A stretch of DNA of 32,000 bases from assembly GCA_964589775.1 (NCBI GenBank), contig CAZPUN010000050.1, positions 1-32,000 of the forward strand, written 5' to 3'. Both the position numbers and the translations under genes were made by a program. The notes under the pieces were generated by a model. The model saw only the letters and a list, made by a program, of their open reading frames with translations, had not been told where the DNA came from and searched no databases. Position 1 is the stretch's first letter. Each line of letters begins with the position of its first letter. Below are positions 16,050 to 25,158 of this stretch, piece after piece. The DNA is from an uncultured archaeon (GTDB lineage: Archaea > Asgardarchaeota > Thorarchaeia > Thorarchaeales > CAZPUN01).

Positions 16050-18029
16050 TTATCCCAAAAACAATGGGAGTATTGCCGTTAATATTGCGCCAACAAATAC
16101 AGCTAATAGAATTGTAATAATTGTCATCGCAAGACTTATTTTCCAGCCGAATTCCTTTATCAGAGCTGCAATTGTTGCAATGCACGGTATATAGATCATG
16201 GTTACCGCTGTAAAAACGATCATCTGGACTGGTGTCATTACGAGAGCTAAGTTTGTAGTACCGAATGCTTCCGCAATTAAGATCAATGTCATTTCCTTTC
16301 TTAGGATTCCGAGAATTAGTGGAACTGTAGCTTGTTCTGGAAGATGTAAAATCCCGACAATTAATGGATTAAAGATCATCGAAAATACTTCGATATAATT
16401 TGTCACGTATAAGAATTCAAGAAATACACTTCCAAGTCCTATGACGGGCAATGCAATCATCAGGAATTCTTTGATATTAACCCATGCCTTTATGACGACG
16501 TTTTTTATACTTGGTAATTTATATGGCGGTATTTCCATGATAAGTCCAGTTCCTTCACCCGGTAGCCAGCGGTATAAGATTTTACCCAGCACGATTATTA
16601 AAATGATATCGAGCAGATAGAGTCCTAATGCTGGAAGAATACCAATGAATTTTGCAACGATTCCTAATATTACAACCGTTGTAGCGCTGCAAGGCACCAT
16701 AACTGATAGCATAGCTGCAATTAATCGTTCTCGTCTTGTCTCCATAATTCGGGTTCCTGCAATTGCGGGTACATTGCAGCCGAAGCTTATTATCATTGGG
16801 ATAAATGCCTTACCATGAAGTCCTATCTTATGCATAAAGCTATCTATGACGAATGCAGCCCTCGGCAGATATCCGGAATCTTCAAGAAAGGAAATTATCA
16901 AATAAAAAGTCAGAATATACGGTATCGCTACTGCAATGCCTGAAGCAATACCTCCAATTAATCCATCTACAATGAGGGCACTACCGAAATGTCCCAAGAT
17001 ATCTGATAGAACCCCTCTCGTGTATTCCATGAACATATCCATGTATGTTGTCAGAAGATCTTCTAAAAACGCCCCAAAAGTGAAAACTCCATAAAATATC
17101 GCGACCATTACCATTATGAGCGTTATGAGTCCGAGTTTGGGGCCTCCTGTAACTTCCTCCAAGATCTCTGATTTGCTTTTCTTTGGTCTTCGCTCAAAAT
17201 GTTCAACCTCAGTCGCAATCCTATTCGCTTTCGAATATCTTTCCGAGCTTAACACCATCCATGAGGGCTCACCATGTATTTCTTCGAGGTTCTTTGCAAT
17301 TTTCTCTGCAAACGTAACAATATCTGAACCGTTCTCTTCTTCTGAGACTCTTTGTGTTATTTGTTCATCTTGTTCGAGAAGCTTTATCGCAACCCATCGT
17401 TCCGGATAATATTTGGTAATTTTTAATTTGTATTCTCTGAGTTTTTCTAAGATTAAATTAATTGCCTCTTCGACTTCCTTTCCGTATTCAATTTTTGCAG
17501 GCTTGAATTCCTTCTTCTTTTCCTTTACGTCGATAATAAAATTCAGGATATTATCGATACCTGTTCCACGAATTGCAACCGTCGGGAAAACTGGCACTCC
17601 AAGTAAATCTGATAACTTTTCAACATTAATTTTTATTCCTTTTTTTTCCGCAAAGTCAATTTGATTCAACGCAATAATTAAAGGGGCTTCCATCTCCATC
17701 AGCTGAAACGTAAAGAATAAGTTTCGTTCTAAAGCAGATGCATCTATTACATTGATCACAAAGTCTGCATTACGCGAGGATATATAGTCACGAGTTACTA
17801 TTTCCTCCATGGAATATACTGAAAGTGAATATATTCCCGGAAGATCTATCACCCGTATTTTATATCCTTTATAAAAAAGAGTTCCTTCAGCCCGTTCGAC
17901 AGTCTTTCCAGGCCAGTTCCCTACACTTTGATTAAGTCCAGTTAATGCATTGAAAATTACACTCTTTCCAACGTTAGCATTACCCGCAAGGGCAATTTCT
18001 ATGGTTTTCTCTTCCTCTTGAGCGTCCAT
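16050..18029 (-). CDS. feoB: Ferrous iron transporter B
   Basis: Motifs GNANVGKS, VGNWPGKTVE, DLPGIYSL, LEDSGYLPRAAF, FGCNVPA, VPCS and YIPC; multiple TM segments. Confidence 0.97.
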   Translation of the reverse strand: MDAQEEEKTIEIALAGNANVGKSVIFNALTGLNQSVGNWPGKTVERAEGTLFYKGYKIRVIDLPGIYSLSVYSMEEIVTRDYISSRNADFVINVIDASALERNLFFTFQLMEMEAPLIIALNQIDFAEKKGIKINVEKLSDLLGVPVFPTVAIRGTGIDNILNFIIDVKEKKKEFKPAKIEYGKEVEEAINLILEKLREYKLKITKYYPERWVAIKLLEQDEQITQRVSEEENGSDIVTFAEKIAKNLEEIHGEPSWMVLSSERYSKANRIATEVEHFERRPKKSKSEILEEVTGGPKLGLITLIMVMVAIFYGVFTFGAFLEDLLTTYMDMFMEYTRGVLSDILGHFGSALIVDGLIGGIASGIAVAIPYILTFYLIISFLEDSGYLPRAAFVIDSFMHKIGLHGKAFIPMIISFGCNVPAIAGTRIMETRRERLIAAMLSVMVPCSATTVVILGIVAKFIGILPALGLYLLDIILIIVLGKILYRWLPGEGTGLIMEIPPYKLPSIKNVVIKAWVNIKEFLMIALPVIGLGSVFLEFLYVTNYIEVFSMIFNPLIVGILHLPEQATVPLILGILRKEMTLILIAEAFGTTNLALVMTPVQMIVFTAVTMIYIPCIATIAALIKEFGWKISLAMTIITILLAVFVGAILTAILPLFLG

Positions 18030-18035
18030 GTCTGC

Positions 18036-18311
18036 TCATCCCGGAATCACTAATATTCTAGATGCAATTCCTCGACCTATTGCTAAATTTGTGCCACGAA
18101 CTGAAATTTCAATGGGGCCTCCGAATGCGGCAGATCTAATCACTGTAATTCTAGTACCTGGGACTAATCCAAGATCAATAAGCCTCTGGACTTTACCACG
18201 ACCTCCCAATATTTGAAAGACGACTCCCGATTGTCCTGGCGATAATGCGGTCAATGCTACGGCTCCCGAACCGAAACTGCCGCCAATTGGTCCTTTCATT
18301 GGTCTATTCAA
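18036..18311 (-). CDS. feoA: Ferrous iron transport protein A
   Basis: RLIDLGLVPG..I.VIRSAAFGGPIEISVRG..LAIGRG; lies directly upstream of feoB. The start may be the ATG at 18300. Confidence 0.93.
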   Translation of the reverse strand: MNRPMKGPIGGSFGSGAVALTALSPGQSGVVFQILGGRGKVQRLIDLGLVPGTRITVIRSAAFGGPIEISVRGTNLAIGRGIASRILVIPG

Positions 18312-18395
18312 CTTTTTTCCCTTCGTAAGTGTTGATTTAGGTTTTCTATTATTTTTTAAATTTATAATAATTTCTTATTATACATAAGAACAAAC

Positions 18396-18417
18396 AAATT
18401 TAGGCATGATTAAATTT
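18396..18417. promoter_or_regulatory. DtxR-family-like operator of feoAB
   Basis: AAATTTAGGCATGATTAAATTT is self-complementary at 18 of 22 positions. It sits just downstream of a minus-strand TATA (about 18429-18436). A weaker TTTAGG half-site occurs at 18336. Confidence 0.65.
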
Positions 18418-18507
18418 ATTTATTACCTTATTTAAATATTTCTTTATGAGCCACGTTTTCTAAAATATTTATGCACCATAGTGTATTAGCCGTTTGGAAT
18501 GATTTAC

Positions 18508-18757
18508 AAATGATCTGCGAGAAAGTATCGCTTTAGAAAACGGTGGGTAATCGCTTAGGTATTCATAATATGTAGGCTCGAAGCACTAAATCAAGTAATT
18601 TTGAGGACGGATGGCGACTTGCGTTTATTGCATCTAGGGCATTCTTGAGAAAATCGGAATGATAAAGTTCTTGAGGGACATGGTAAATATAAACGTAAAA
18701 TGACTATTGCGAGTCTATATGCAGTCATCTCACATCTCAATGCGAGGTAGATGTCTG
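18508..18757 (+). mobile_element. Non-autonomous IS200/IS605-family miniature element, copy B (more decayed)
   Basis: TTAC at 18504-18507, followed by AAAG and a hairpin. 18514-18554 matches 906-946 at 33/41 ungapped, and 18713-18755 matches 1073-1115 at 31/43 ungapped. Confidence 0.7.
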
Positions 18758-18827
18758 ATGAACGAATACAAAAAATTGGAAATTTCAAATGATTCAAGTC
18801 ACAAAAAGTAGAGGATGTAGAATAAGA

Positions 18828-20192
18828 CTACCTCTTTAATCGTTTTTTAGCTGCATCAGCGGCAAGGCAAATCGGGTCCCATGTATCTGCGACTGCAGGA
18901 GCGTAACAATTTTCAAGATCGAACATTTGATTTACGTCTGCACCCATTTGTATTCCCAGTGCGAAAACATTAATTCGCTGTGCGGCATCGTCTTCGCCTA
19001 ATGTTTGTGCTCCTACGAGTTTTGCGTCATCCTTTTTAAAGAACGCCTTAATTTTGAGTGGTTTTGCTTCTATATAATACGGTGGTTTAGAAAGTCCTTT
19101 TAGGCTGCCCTTTACGATATTGATATTGTTTTTCTTTGCATCTTCCGTTGTTAGTCCTACGCTTGCGATTTCAACGCCAAAGAGTTTAGTGACTTTAGTC
19201 CCAATTATTCCCATAAATGATGCATTTCCGCCTACTGCATTTATTCCTGCAACGCGTCCTTCTCGTACAGCTATTGTACCTAATCCGAGATTCATTGGCT
19301 TTTTAGTTATGAAGGAAATATTTTCTGCGCAGTCGCCGGCTGCATAAATATTTGGGTCGCTTGTTCGCATGAATTTATCTGTCTTAATAGCACCAGTAAT
19401 ACCAATTTCAATTCCTGCGGATTTTGCAAGCTCGACATTTGGTTTTGTTCCAGTTGCTACGATAACGACATCAGCATCTATTTTGAATTCTTCACCACTC
19501 TCACGATTTTTCACGAGGACCGCTTTTGCTGTGTTGTTTTCGCTAATTATCTCTATGGCTTGATGATTTACAAGAACTTTAACTCCATGTTCCTGAGCGA
19601 GTTCTCTAACCTGTTTTGATAAGTCGCTATCGAGCATTGCAAGTAGGATTCCGGGTAAGAATTCTACAACGGTTACATCAATGTTCTTCTCGTTAAGAGC
19701 TTCAGCAACTTCCATACCGATTAGTCCGCCACCAATTATCACTGCTTTTTTAATGCTTTTCGAATATTCTTTTAGTTTTTTAGCATCTTCAAGGGTTCTT
19801 AATCCCATTACTCTATCTGTATCTAGGCCCTTAATTGGCGGGTATGAATTTCTTCCTCCAGTGGCAATTACTAAAGAGTCATACTCTAATTCATATTCGC
19901 TTCCGTCTTTTTTCGCTACTTTTATTTTCTTTGAGTTTCTATCGATCTCTTTTACTATTTGCTCCAGTCTAAGGTCTATCTTTTGTAAATCCCATGCGTC
20001 TTTTTTCATTAGAATTAAATCATCAAAATCTCTAACCTTTTCAGAAATTGTATATGGAAGTCCGCAACGGGAATATTCTGGATATGGTTCATCTCCAATT
20101 ACTATCACTTCAGCTTTGCGGTCCGTTTTTCGTGCCCACAATGCAGCGGTTGCGCCGGCAGCTCCACAGCCAATTACTATCACCCTTGTCAT
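18828..20192 (-). CDS. FAD-dependent pyridine nucleotide-disulfide oxidoreductase (CoA-disulfide reductase / NADH oxidase family)
   Basis: GCGAAG, redox Cys in YSRCGLPY, ATG, GGGLIG, IYAAGDC and C-terminal CYAP. Confidence 0.93.
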   Translation of the reverse strand: MTRVIVIGCGAAGATAALWARKTDRKAEVIVIGDEPYPEYSRCGLPYTISEKVRDFDDLILMKKDAWDLQKIDLRLEQIVKEIDRNSKKIKVAKKDGSEYELEYDSLVIATGGRNSYPPIKGLDTDRVMGLRTLEDAKKLKEYSKSIKKAVIIGGGLIGMEVAEALNEKNIDVTVVEFLPGILLAMLDSDLSKQVRELAQEHGVKVLVNHQAIEIISENNTAKAVLVKNRESGEEFKIDADVVIVATGTKPNVELAKSAGIEIGITGAIKTDKFMRTSDPNIYAAGDCAENISFITKKPMNLGLGTIAVREGRVAGINAVGGNASFMGIIGTKVTKLFGVEIASVGLTTEDAKKNNINIVKGSLKGLSKPPYYIEAKPLKIKAFFKKDDAKLVGAQTLGEDDAAQRINVFALGIQMGADVNQMFDLENCYAPAVADTWDPICLAADAAKKRLKR

Positions 20193-20395
20193 AAACGTAC
20201 CACCTTCTTGTGTTATTGCATTATCATCTTAAACAGTTTTTAACTCTATTGGCTGGGGACCTTTTAATAGAATTGAAAATAACTAATACAGTTTGCGTCT
20301 TTGAAAAATAACTCATTATGAAGCACAAATTTTAATGAAATATTGTGCCGTCAAAGTTAAAAAGTGTAAAATCCCAATAATAATCGTGATTTGAA

Positions 20396-20515
20396 ATGGG
20401 AAAGAAGAAAAAACTTAGTGATCGCGATAAGGAAGAGATTGCAGAAGGCCTTTGTAGCGTTTGTGTAATCCCGATTCTTATTGTCATTGGGATAACAATT
20501 CTCAGCCTATTATGA
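20396..20515 (+). CDS. 39-aa membrane microprotein with CxxC (below the ORF-track cutoff)
   Basis: MGKKKKLSDRDKEEIAEGLCSVCVIPILIVIGITILSLL; SD-like GTGAT upstream; occupies an otherwise empty intergenic gap. Confidence 0.6.
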   Translation: MGKKKKLSDRDKEEIAEGLCSVCVIPILIVIGITILSLL

Positions 20516-20562
20516 AGACGCGTACAAAATTAAGATCAAATTATATTAAATTATCAAAACGA

Positions 20563-20844
20563 TTACCACGCATTCTCACTTGATTTGCCGTTCCAGATTT
20601 TTCTATTTTCCTTTGTTTGCGTTCGAATTAATAGGAATCTTCCCTTTGTTTTCGTTGGTATGATGAAATACTCTTCTATTTCTCCTGAGTCTTTTATTAA
20701 AACAATTTTTTCTTTATTCTCAGTTGGCTTTCCTGTTTCTGGGTTCAAATAGTTATATTTTACATACCTTCCCCGTTCCAATAAATTTCGAACTTCAGTT
20801 TTTCCTTTCTTTGAGATGGTCAGTACTTCTTCCGGATAATTCAT
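20563..20844 (-). CDS. Hypothetical protein (basic, beta-rich)
   Basis: 93-aa ORF with SD GGTGAT and genome-typical composition. Confidence 0.75.
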   Translation of the reverse strand: MNYPEEVLTISKKGKTEVRNLLERGRYVKYNYLNPETGKPTENKEKIVLIKDSGEIEEYFIIPTKTKGRFLLIRTQTKENRKIWNGKSSENAW

Positions 20845-20954
20845 TCATATCACCGTTCAATTTATACAATTGTCCAGTTTAATCTGAAACTTTTATTAAT
20901 TTAAACTGTAATATTTCAATGATTGTCTATCTACATTGGGATCAAAAATAGGGT

Positions 20955-21506
20955 ATGGTGATTAAGATACCTATAACTCCATTTCACATGACCTTTGCAT
21001 GGGCTTTCCATAGATTGACAGGTAAACGCACTGTGCAACCCGCATTACTTATTGGATCTATGGTACCCGACATTGAAATTCCTTTTCTGGTATTTGTTGG
21101 ATACACGTATCCTCATACGCGACTTGTACTGCATAGCTTTTTGGGTGGTGCAATACTTGGAACATTAATTGCCATAGGTCTATTGTATATTGTATTTCCT
21201 TTTGTTGCAGCATTTTTTACCGGAAGAGCCCCTTCAGAAATCAAAAACATGTACAATTTCAAAAATGTCGTCATTTCGTCATTGATCGGCGTTGTATTTC
21301 TTCACGTCTTTATAGATGCGCTCCATCATCCATACAATCCACTATTTTGGCCTTTTACACCTGAGAATATCACACTATTCGTAATTGGCAACTATGCACT
21401 CACAACTGTTTATATTCACATTATATCGGGAATACCTCTCGTCATTATAATTTTGTACTTGATTATAAAACGAGACTCTGAACTATGGGCAAAATGGTTA
21501 TTATAA
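20955..21506 (+). CDS. DUF4184 / membrane-bound metal-dependent hydrolase-like protein
   Basis: Motifs PITPFH, GSMVPDIE, HS and HVFIDALHH; about 4 TM segments. Confidence 0.8.
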   Translation: MVIKIPITPFHMTFAWAFHRLTGKRTVQPALLIGSMVPDIEIPFLVFVGYTYPHTRLVLHSFLGGAILGTLIAIGLLYIVFPFVAAFFTGRAPSEIKNMYNFKNVVISSLIGVVFLHVFIDALHHPYNPLFWPFTPENITLFVIGNYALTTVYIHIISGIPLVIIILYLIIKRDSELWAKWLL

Positions 21507-21526
21507 AAAATGAGGTTGAAGAAGCC

Positions 21527-22291
21527 TCATCTTAAAAATAGTGTGATTCTTCCCATTTTACAATATGCCATAATGTCTAATTTGTATGTTGCTGATGAGT
21601 AGTCCAAACTTTGACCGATCTTTGTTGTTGCAGTATTTACAGAATATGAATATCCCGTACTATTTAGCTCTATTTCTCCTGTATCAACAAGAGCTGTTAT
21701 TTTTGTTCCTACGGATGATGGCTTTAATGCAGTCACATATATTACACCTGAATCTACAATGAGATTAGTTGTAACATTGTTTGTAAACCTTGTTATGTTG
21801 TCCAAGTAGTATACAATAGTACCCGCAGAAATATGAGTGTTAATGTTTCCAATTTTTGCATTATTACTATAATTGATTGTGAAAGTACCTGCCGAGATAT
21901 TTGCATTTATGTTGTACTTGATATTATTTGAAAGATAAATCATAATTTCTGCACAATTATAGTTTATGTTAATTACATCATTTGTGTAATTTACAATTGG
22001 ATCGCCATATTGTTCGTATTTCGTCCTATCGATTGTAAAATTAATTATCGCAAGATTTTCGAGTCCATTTGTGAAAAATACTTGAACAGTTGCACTTTCA
22101 ATGTTGATATTCATTGTAGTCTCATTAACATTGTTATTCGGAATAGTTCTTGAAATGTTAATTTGCCCAATAGAATTGAAAATAAATATGTTGCCTGTCA
22201 TATTCGTTGGCAATAACCCAGATGTTACGATGAACGCAACAATTACCATAATTGCAAGCTTCTTCTCTTTAGGTGTAATCTCGTAAGTCAT
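21527..22291 (-). CDS. Membrane-anchored beta-solenoid (toastrack/DUF4097-like) protein
   Basis: One N-terminal TM segment, then Asn/Thr/Ile-rich repeats (NISAGTF, HISAGTI, VDSGVI, VDTGEI, CKMGRI) with many N-x-S/T sequons. Confidence 0.7.
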   Translation of the reverse strand: MTYEITPKEKKLAIMVIVAFIVTSGLLPTNMTGNIFIFNSIGQINISRTIPNNNVNETTMNINIESATVQVFFTNGLENLAIINFTIDRTKYEQYGDPIVNYTNDVININYNCAEIMIYLSNNIKYNINANISAGTFTINYSNNAKIGNINTHISAGTIVYYLDNITRFTNNVTTNLIVDSGVIYVTALKPSSVGTKITALVDTGEIELNSTGYSYSVNTATTKIGQSLDYSSATYKLDIMAYCKMGRITLFLR

Positions 22292-22294
22292 TTA

Positions 22295-22903
22295 CTATGC
22301 CTCCTCAAAACATTCAATAAAATTATCGAGTAATTTATTATATTCCGGATTAGTATGGAGCCTTGCAAGTAGTGTTAGTTCAAATGCATCCATACGTGAG
22401 TTTTCAGGTATCTCTTCGTTCTCAGAATCATCAAATTGTGGAATCTTTTCGATCTCATTTAATCTAACTTTACGAATCTTTCTTATTATTTCAATAGCTT
22501 CGTCAATCTTTGATTTCTTAATTTTCATGCCGTATTTTTCCATAATCGATAATACTGTTTTCAGATGTGCTTCTGCAAATTGAGATATATCTGATAAACT
22601 ACTGAACATGTTATCTATATCGAAATAGAATTTTCTTGCATTTGCACGATAGTATTTTTCTACAATTCCAGTTCTTGAAACATTTGTAGATACTATACTA
22701 ATAAGCCCAAGATCTAAAAGCTTGTTCACATGATGCATTATGCTTCCTGGAGTTTTTCCAAGGGCATCTGCGATTTGCTTGACTGTCATTGGCTGCTTTG
22801 ATAATAAATCGAAAAGAATTGTATATCTAATTTCATTAAGTACCTCTTTTACAACCTTTGGATCCTTTAATACGATAACTTCCCGCATGTTATCACTCTC
22901 CAA
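22295..22903 (-). CDS. ArsR-like winged-HTH transcriptional regulator
   Basis: IRYTIL...PMTVKQIADALGKTPGSIMHHVNKLLDLGLI...GIVEKYY. The start may be the second Met. Confidence 0.9.
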   Translation of the reverse strand: MESDNMREVIVLKDPKVVKEVLNEIRYTILFDLLSKQPMTVKQIADALGKTPGSIMHHVNKLLDLGLISIVSTNVSRTGIVEKYYRANARKFYFDIDNMFSSLSDISQFAEAHLKTVLSIMEKYGMKIKKSKIDEAIEIIRKIRKVRLNEIEKIPQFDDSENEEIPENSRMDAFELTLLARLHTNPEYNKLLDNFIECFEEA

Positions 22904-23786
22904 TTAGTTGGATGCCCTTTGGCTGTCGTGCTGCTGGAATGTCTGAGGAATTTATAATCCAATATATTCTCGTAATCAAAATTGTATATGTAGATAGCAT
23001 GATTATCAACAAGATGATAAATATGAATGCATAAATTGAAACGATCGGTGCATAGATTATAGGATTAAGTCCATTAGCCACTGCCAATCCGAATAATGTA
23101 AATGGCTGTACAAGACCAATAAGGATCATAACCATAATCATTTGTGAGGGATATATCCTAAGGAAATGGTGACGCATGATATCTATTGACTCAAGAAACG
23201 CCTCGCGAACCGGCTTTCTAGCAACTATCGCTGGATACATGAAACTTAATCCGCCAATTAGAATTATATCAAGTACAAATAAGCTCGTAAACAAAATGTG
23301 TGCTGAAACCGCATTATATATCCCTGCAATTTCTAATAAACTCTTTATGCCTCCAATGATATATGCCGGCAATAAGAATCCACCTACAGCTATTATTAGA
23401 CTCGCAATGAAAAAGTCTACAAAGTGTTTTTTCAGATAATATATGGTTCGTTCTGCATAACTTTCTGAGGCTTCAATTATCTCTGCCGAAATTCCATAAA
23501 GCGGTGCGACGAATGTTAGAAAGAATGTAATCGTAAGTGCCGCAATTCCGACTATGACAAATAAAATCTGATTAAATTGCTGGAAGCCGTTAGCCAATGC
23601 ATAAATATTTGAAAATACCAAGATTGAAATTAATACGGCAATTCCTATAAATACAACTATTGCCAGAATTATTGAAATTACCATGCTCAAAAAATATGTC
23701 CAAAACTTTCTCTTCACAAATCTAAATGATTCAATTAGATCTCGTACGAAAAATGCGTTCTTTAATGAGGGTTCTGGATTCTCCAT
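22893..23786 (-). CDS. Polytopic membrane protein (about 6 TM)
   Basis: Hydrophobic helices; SD AAGGTG; its stop overlaps or abuts the start of the HTH gene. Confidence 0.8.
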   Translation of the reverse strand: MENPEPSLKNAFFVRDLIESFRFVKRKFWTYFLSMVISIILAIVVFIGIAVLISILVFSNIYALANGFQQFNQILFVIVGIAALTITFFLTFVAPLYGISAEIIEASESYAERTIYYLKKHFVDFFIASLIIAVGGFLLPAYIIGGIKSLLEIAGIYNAVSAHILFTSLFVLDIILIGGLSFMYPAIVARKPVREAFLESIDIMRHHFLRIYPSQMIMVMILIGLVQPFTLFGLAVANGLNPIIYAPIVSIYAFIFIILLIIMLSTYTILITRIYWIINSSDIPAARQPKGIQLIGE

Positions 23787-23796
23787 AATTTACACC

Positions 23797-23848
23797 TTCG
23801 GAACGTTAATATTAGTTATAACGTTATAGAAAATTAGAACGTTTCAAT
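23797..23848. promoter_or_regulatory. Three AACGTT palindromes at an exact 18-bp period (candidate operator array)
   Basis: AACGTT at 23802, 23820 and 23838. The central one extends to the perfect palindrome TATAACGTTATA. Confidence 0.6.
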
Positions 23849-24220
23849 TTATTAGTTTTATGCTATTTTCTTGGAACTTAAACATTGGCATGATTTTTAT
23901 TTCCAAATAAATAATCAAACGAAATGTATGAAATATTACTCTAAGTTCATGAATCTTTTATAAAAACGATCTAATTATTGAATGTACATTCGATAAATAT
24001 ATATTTGAGATGTATAATATTAGCTGACATATTGTTCATTTTCGGTTTTCCTGTGAGTTTAAAATTTTCGATGGCACAAAAATATAAATGGGCTAATAAT
24101 TTTCAAAGAATAAAAAATTTTTTTCGTAATCTTTATTAGTTCTTATATTATATAACTATTTGCTAATGGTAATCATTAGTAGAAAGATAGGTATAATTAT
24201 CGAATCATGGAGGAGAAAAA

Positions 24221-24958
24221 TTGAGGATAAAGATTGTCCTCGGGGTCAAGCAACAAGGTTGTATTCTTGGTTTTGATTATCAAGATACGATATCAAAGAT
24301 GATATTGAACTTCATACAAGAATATTCTTCATCATATGGACGGCAGAACAATCCGCTCTTGTCATTTGGGCAGTTAATGATTCCTGAGCGGAGCATTTCG
24401 AACGAGGGGATTCAGATTCTCGGTGAAAACGCATATCTCTATATTAGTTCTCCAAATTCAAAACTTCTAAAGGGAATTGCAGATGGATTGAATGAGCGGA
24501 GCACATTGAATTTTAATAATGTATCATTTGAAATTGAGCAGATAGTTTTTCTAAATGATCCGGTTATTGAAGAATCGGCATGGTTCACGACACTTTCGCC
24601 AGTTCTTGTTAGTGTTATGAAGAACATTAATGGTAAGATGAGATTATGGAATATTGGTCCGGACGATCCATTGTTTGAACGAACGCTTGTAAGCAACTTA
24701 TATCGTCGATACAAGCGGTACTATGGTCGTCTTCCGCGGGATCGTAAATTCATCATCGAGCGAGTTCTTAGTCCGAAGCAAAAACGCATTCGTGTAAATA
24801 ACTATTATTATCGTGCATACTTAATGGGGCTTCAAGTTCAGGGGAGCAGTGAGTTATTAAATTTCGCATATCAAGCCGGTCTTGGTGAGAAGACACATTT
24901 GGGCTTTGGGATGCTTGGGCTTCTTAAGTTCAGATCTCAAGAATCTGCTGCTGAATGA
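24221..24958 (+). CDS. cas6: Stand-alone Cas6-family RAMP endoribonuclease
   Basis: MRIKI start, LYISSP, FTTLSPV and the C-terminal G-rich loop AYQAGLGEKTHLGFGM; SD GGAGGA before the TTG start. Confidence 0.88.
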   Translation: MRIKIVLGVKQQGCILGFDYQDTISKMILNFIQEYSSSYGRQNNPLLSFGQLMIPERSISNEGIQILGENAYLYISSPNSKLLKGIADGLNERSTLNFNNVSFEIEQIVFLNDPVIEESAWFTTLSPVLVSVMKNINGKMRLWNIGPDDPLFERTLVSNLYRRYKRYYGRLPRDRKFIIERVLSPKQKRIRVNNYYYRAYLMGLQVQGSSELLNFAYQAGLGEKTHLGFGMLGLLKFRSQESAAE

Positions 24959-24960
24959 GT

Positions 24961-25017
24961 AAAATTATCGGCGAAGGTTTTCCCGTTTTGGGGGCCTTTC
25001 CTGCCGAATTTTATTTT
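24961..25017 (+). terminator. GC-rich hairpin plus T tracts after cas6
   Basis: TCGGC-GAAGG..CCC-GTTTT-GGG..CCTTTC-CT-GCCGA followed by TTTTATTTT. Confidence 0.5.
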
Positions 25018-25158
25018 GTAGTACTCATATTCTATGGACTATTATTACTGAGATTCAAAATTACTTTTGAGATTTGGGTCTTATCGTTGTTTCCATGTAA
25101 ATCTTAATTAATGTAAAATATTCAAGGTATATTGTTCAATGGAAAAGGAGATTTTCTA

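Noticed and set aside
18591-18797. 68-aa Cys-containing minus-strand ORF
   Set aside because: It lies antisense across miniature element copy B and has no recognisable motif.
23850-25131. CRISPR array flanking cas6
   Set aside because: No regularly spaced 25-40 bp repeats in either intergenic region.
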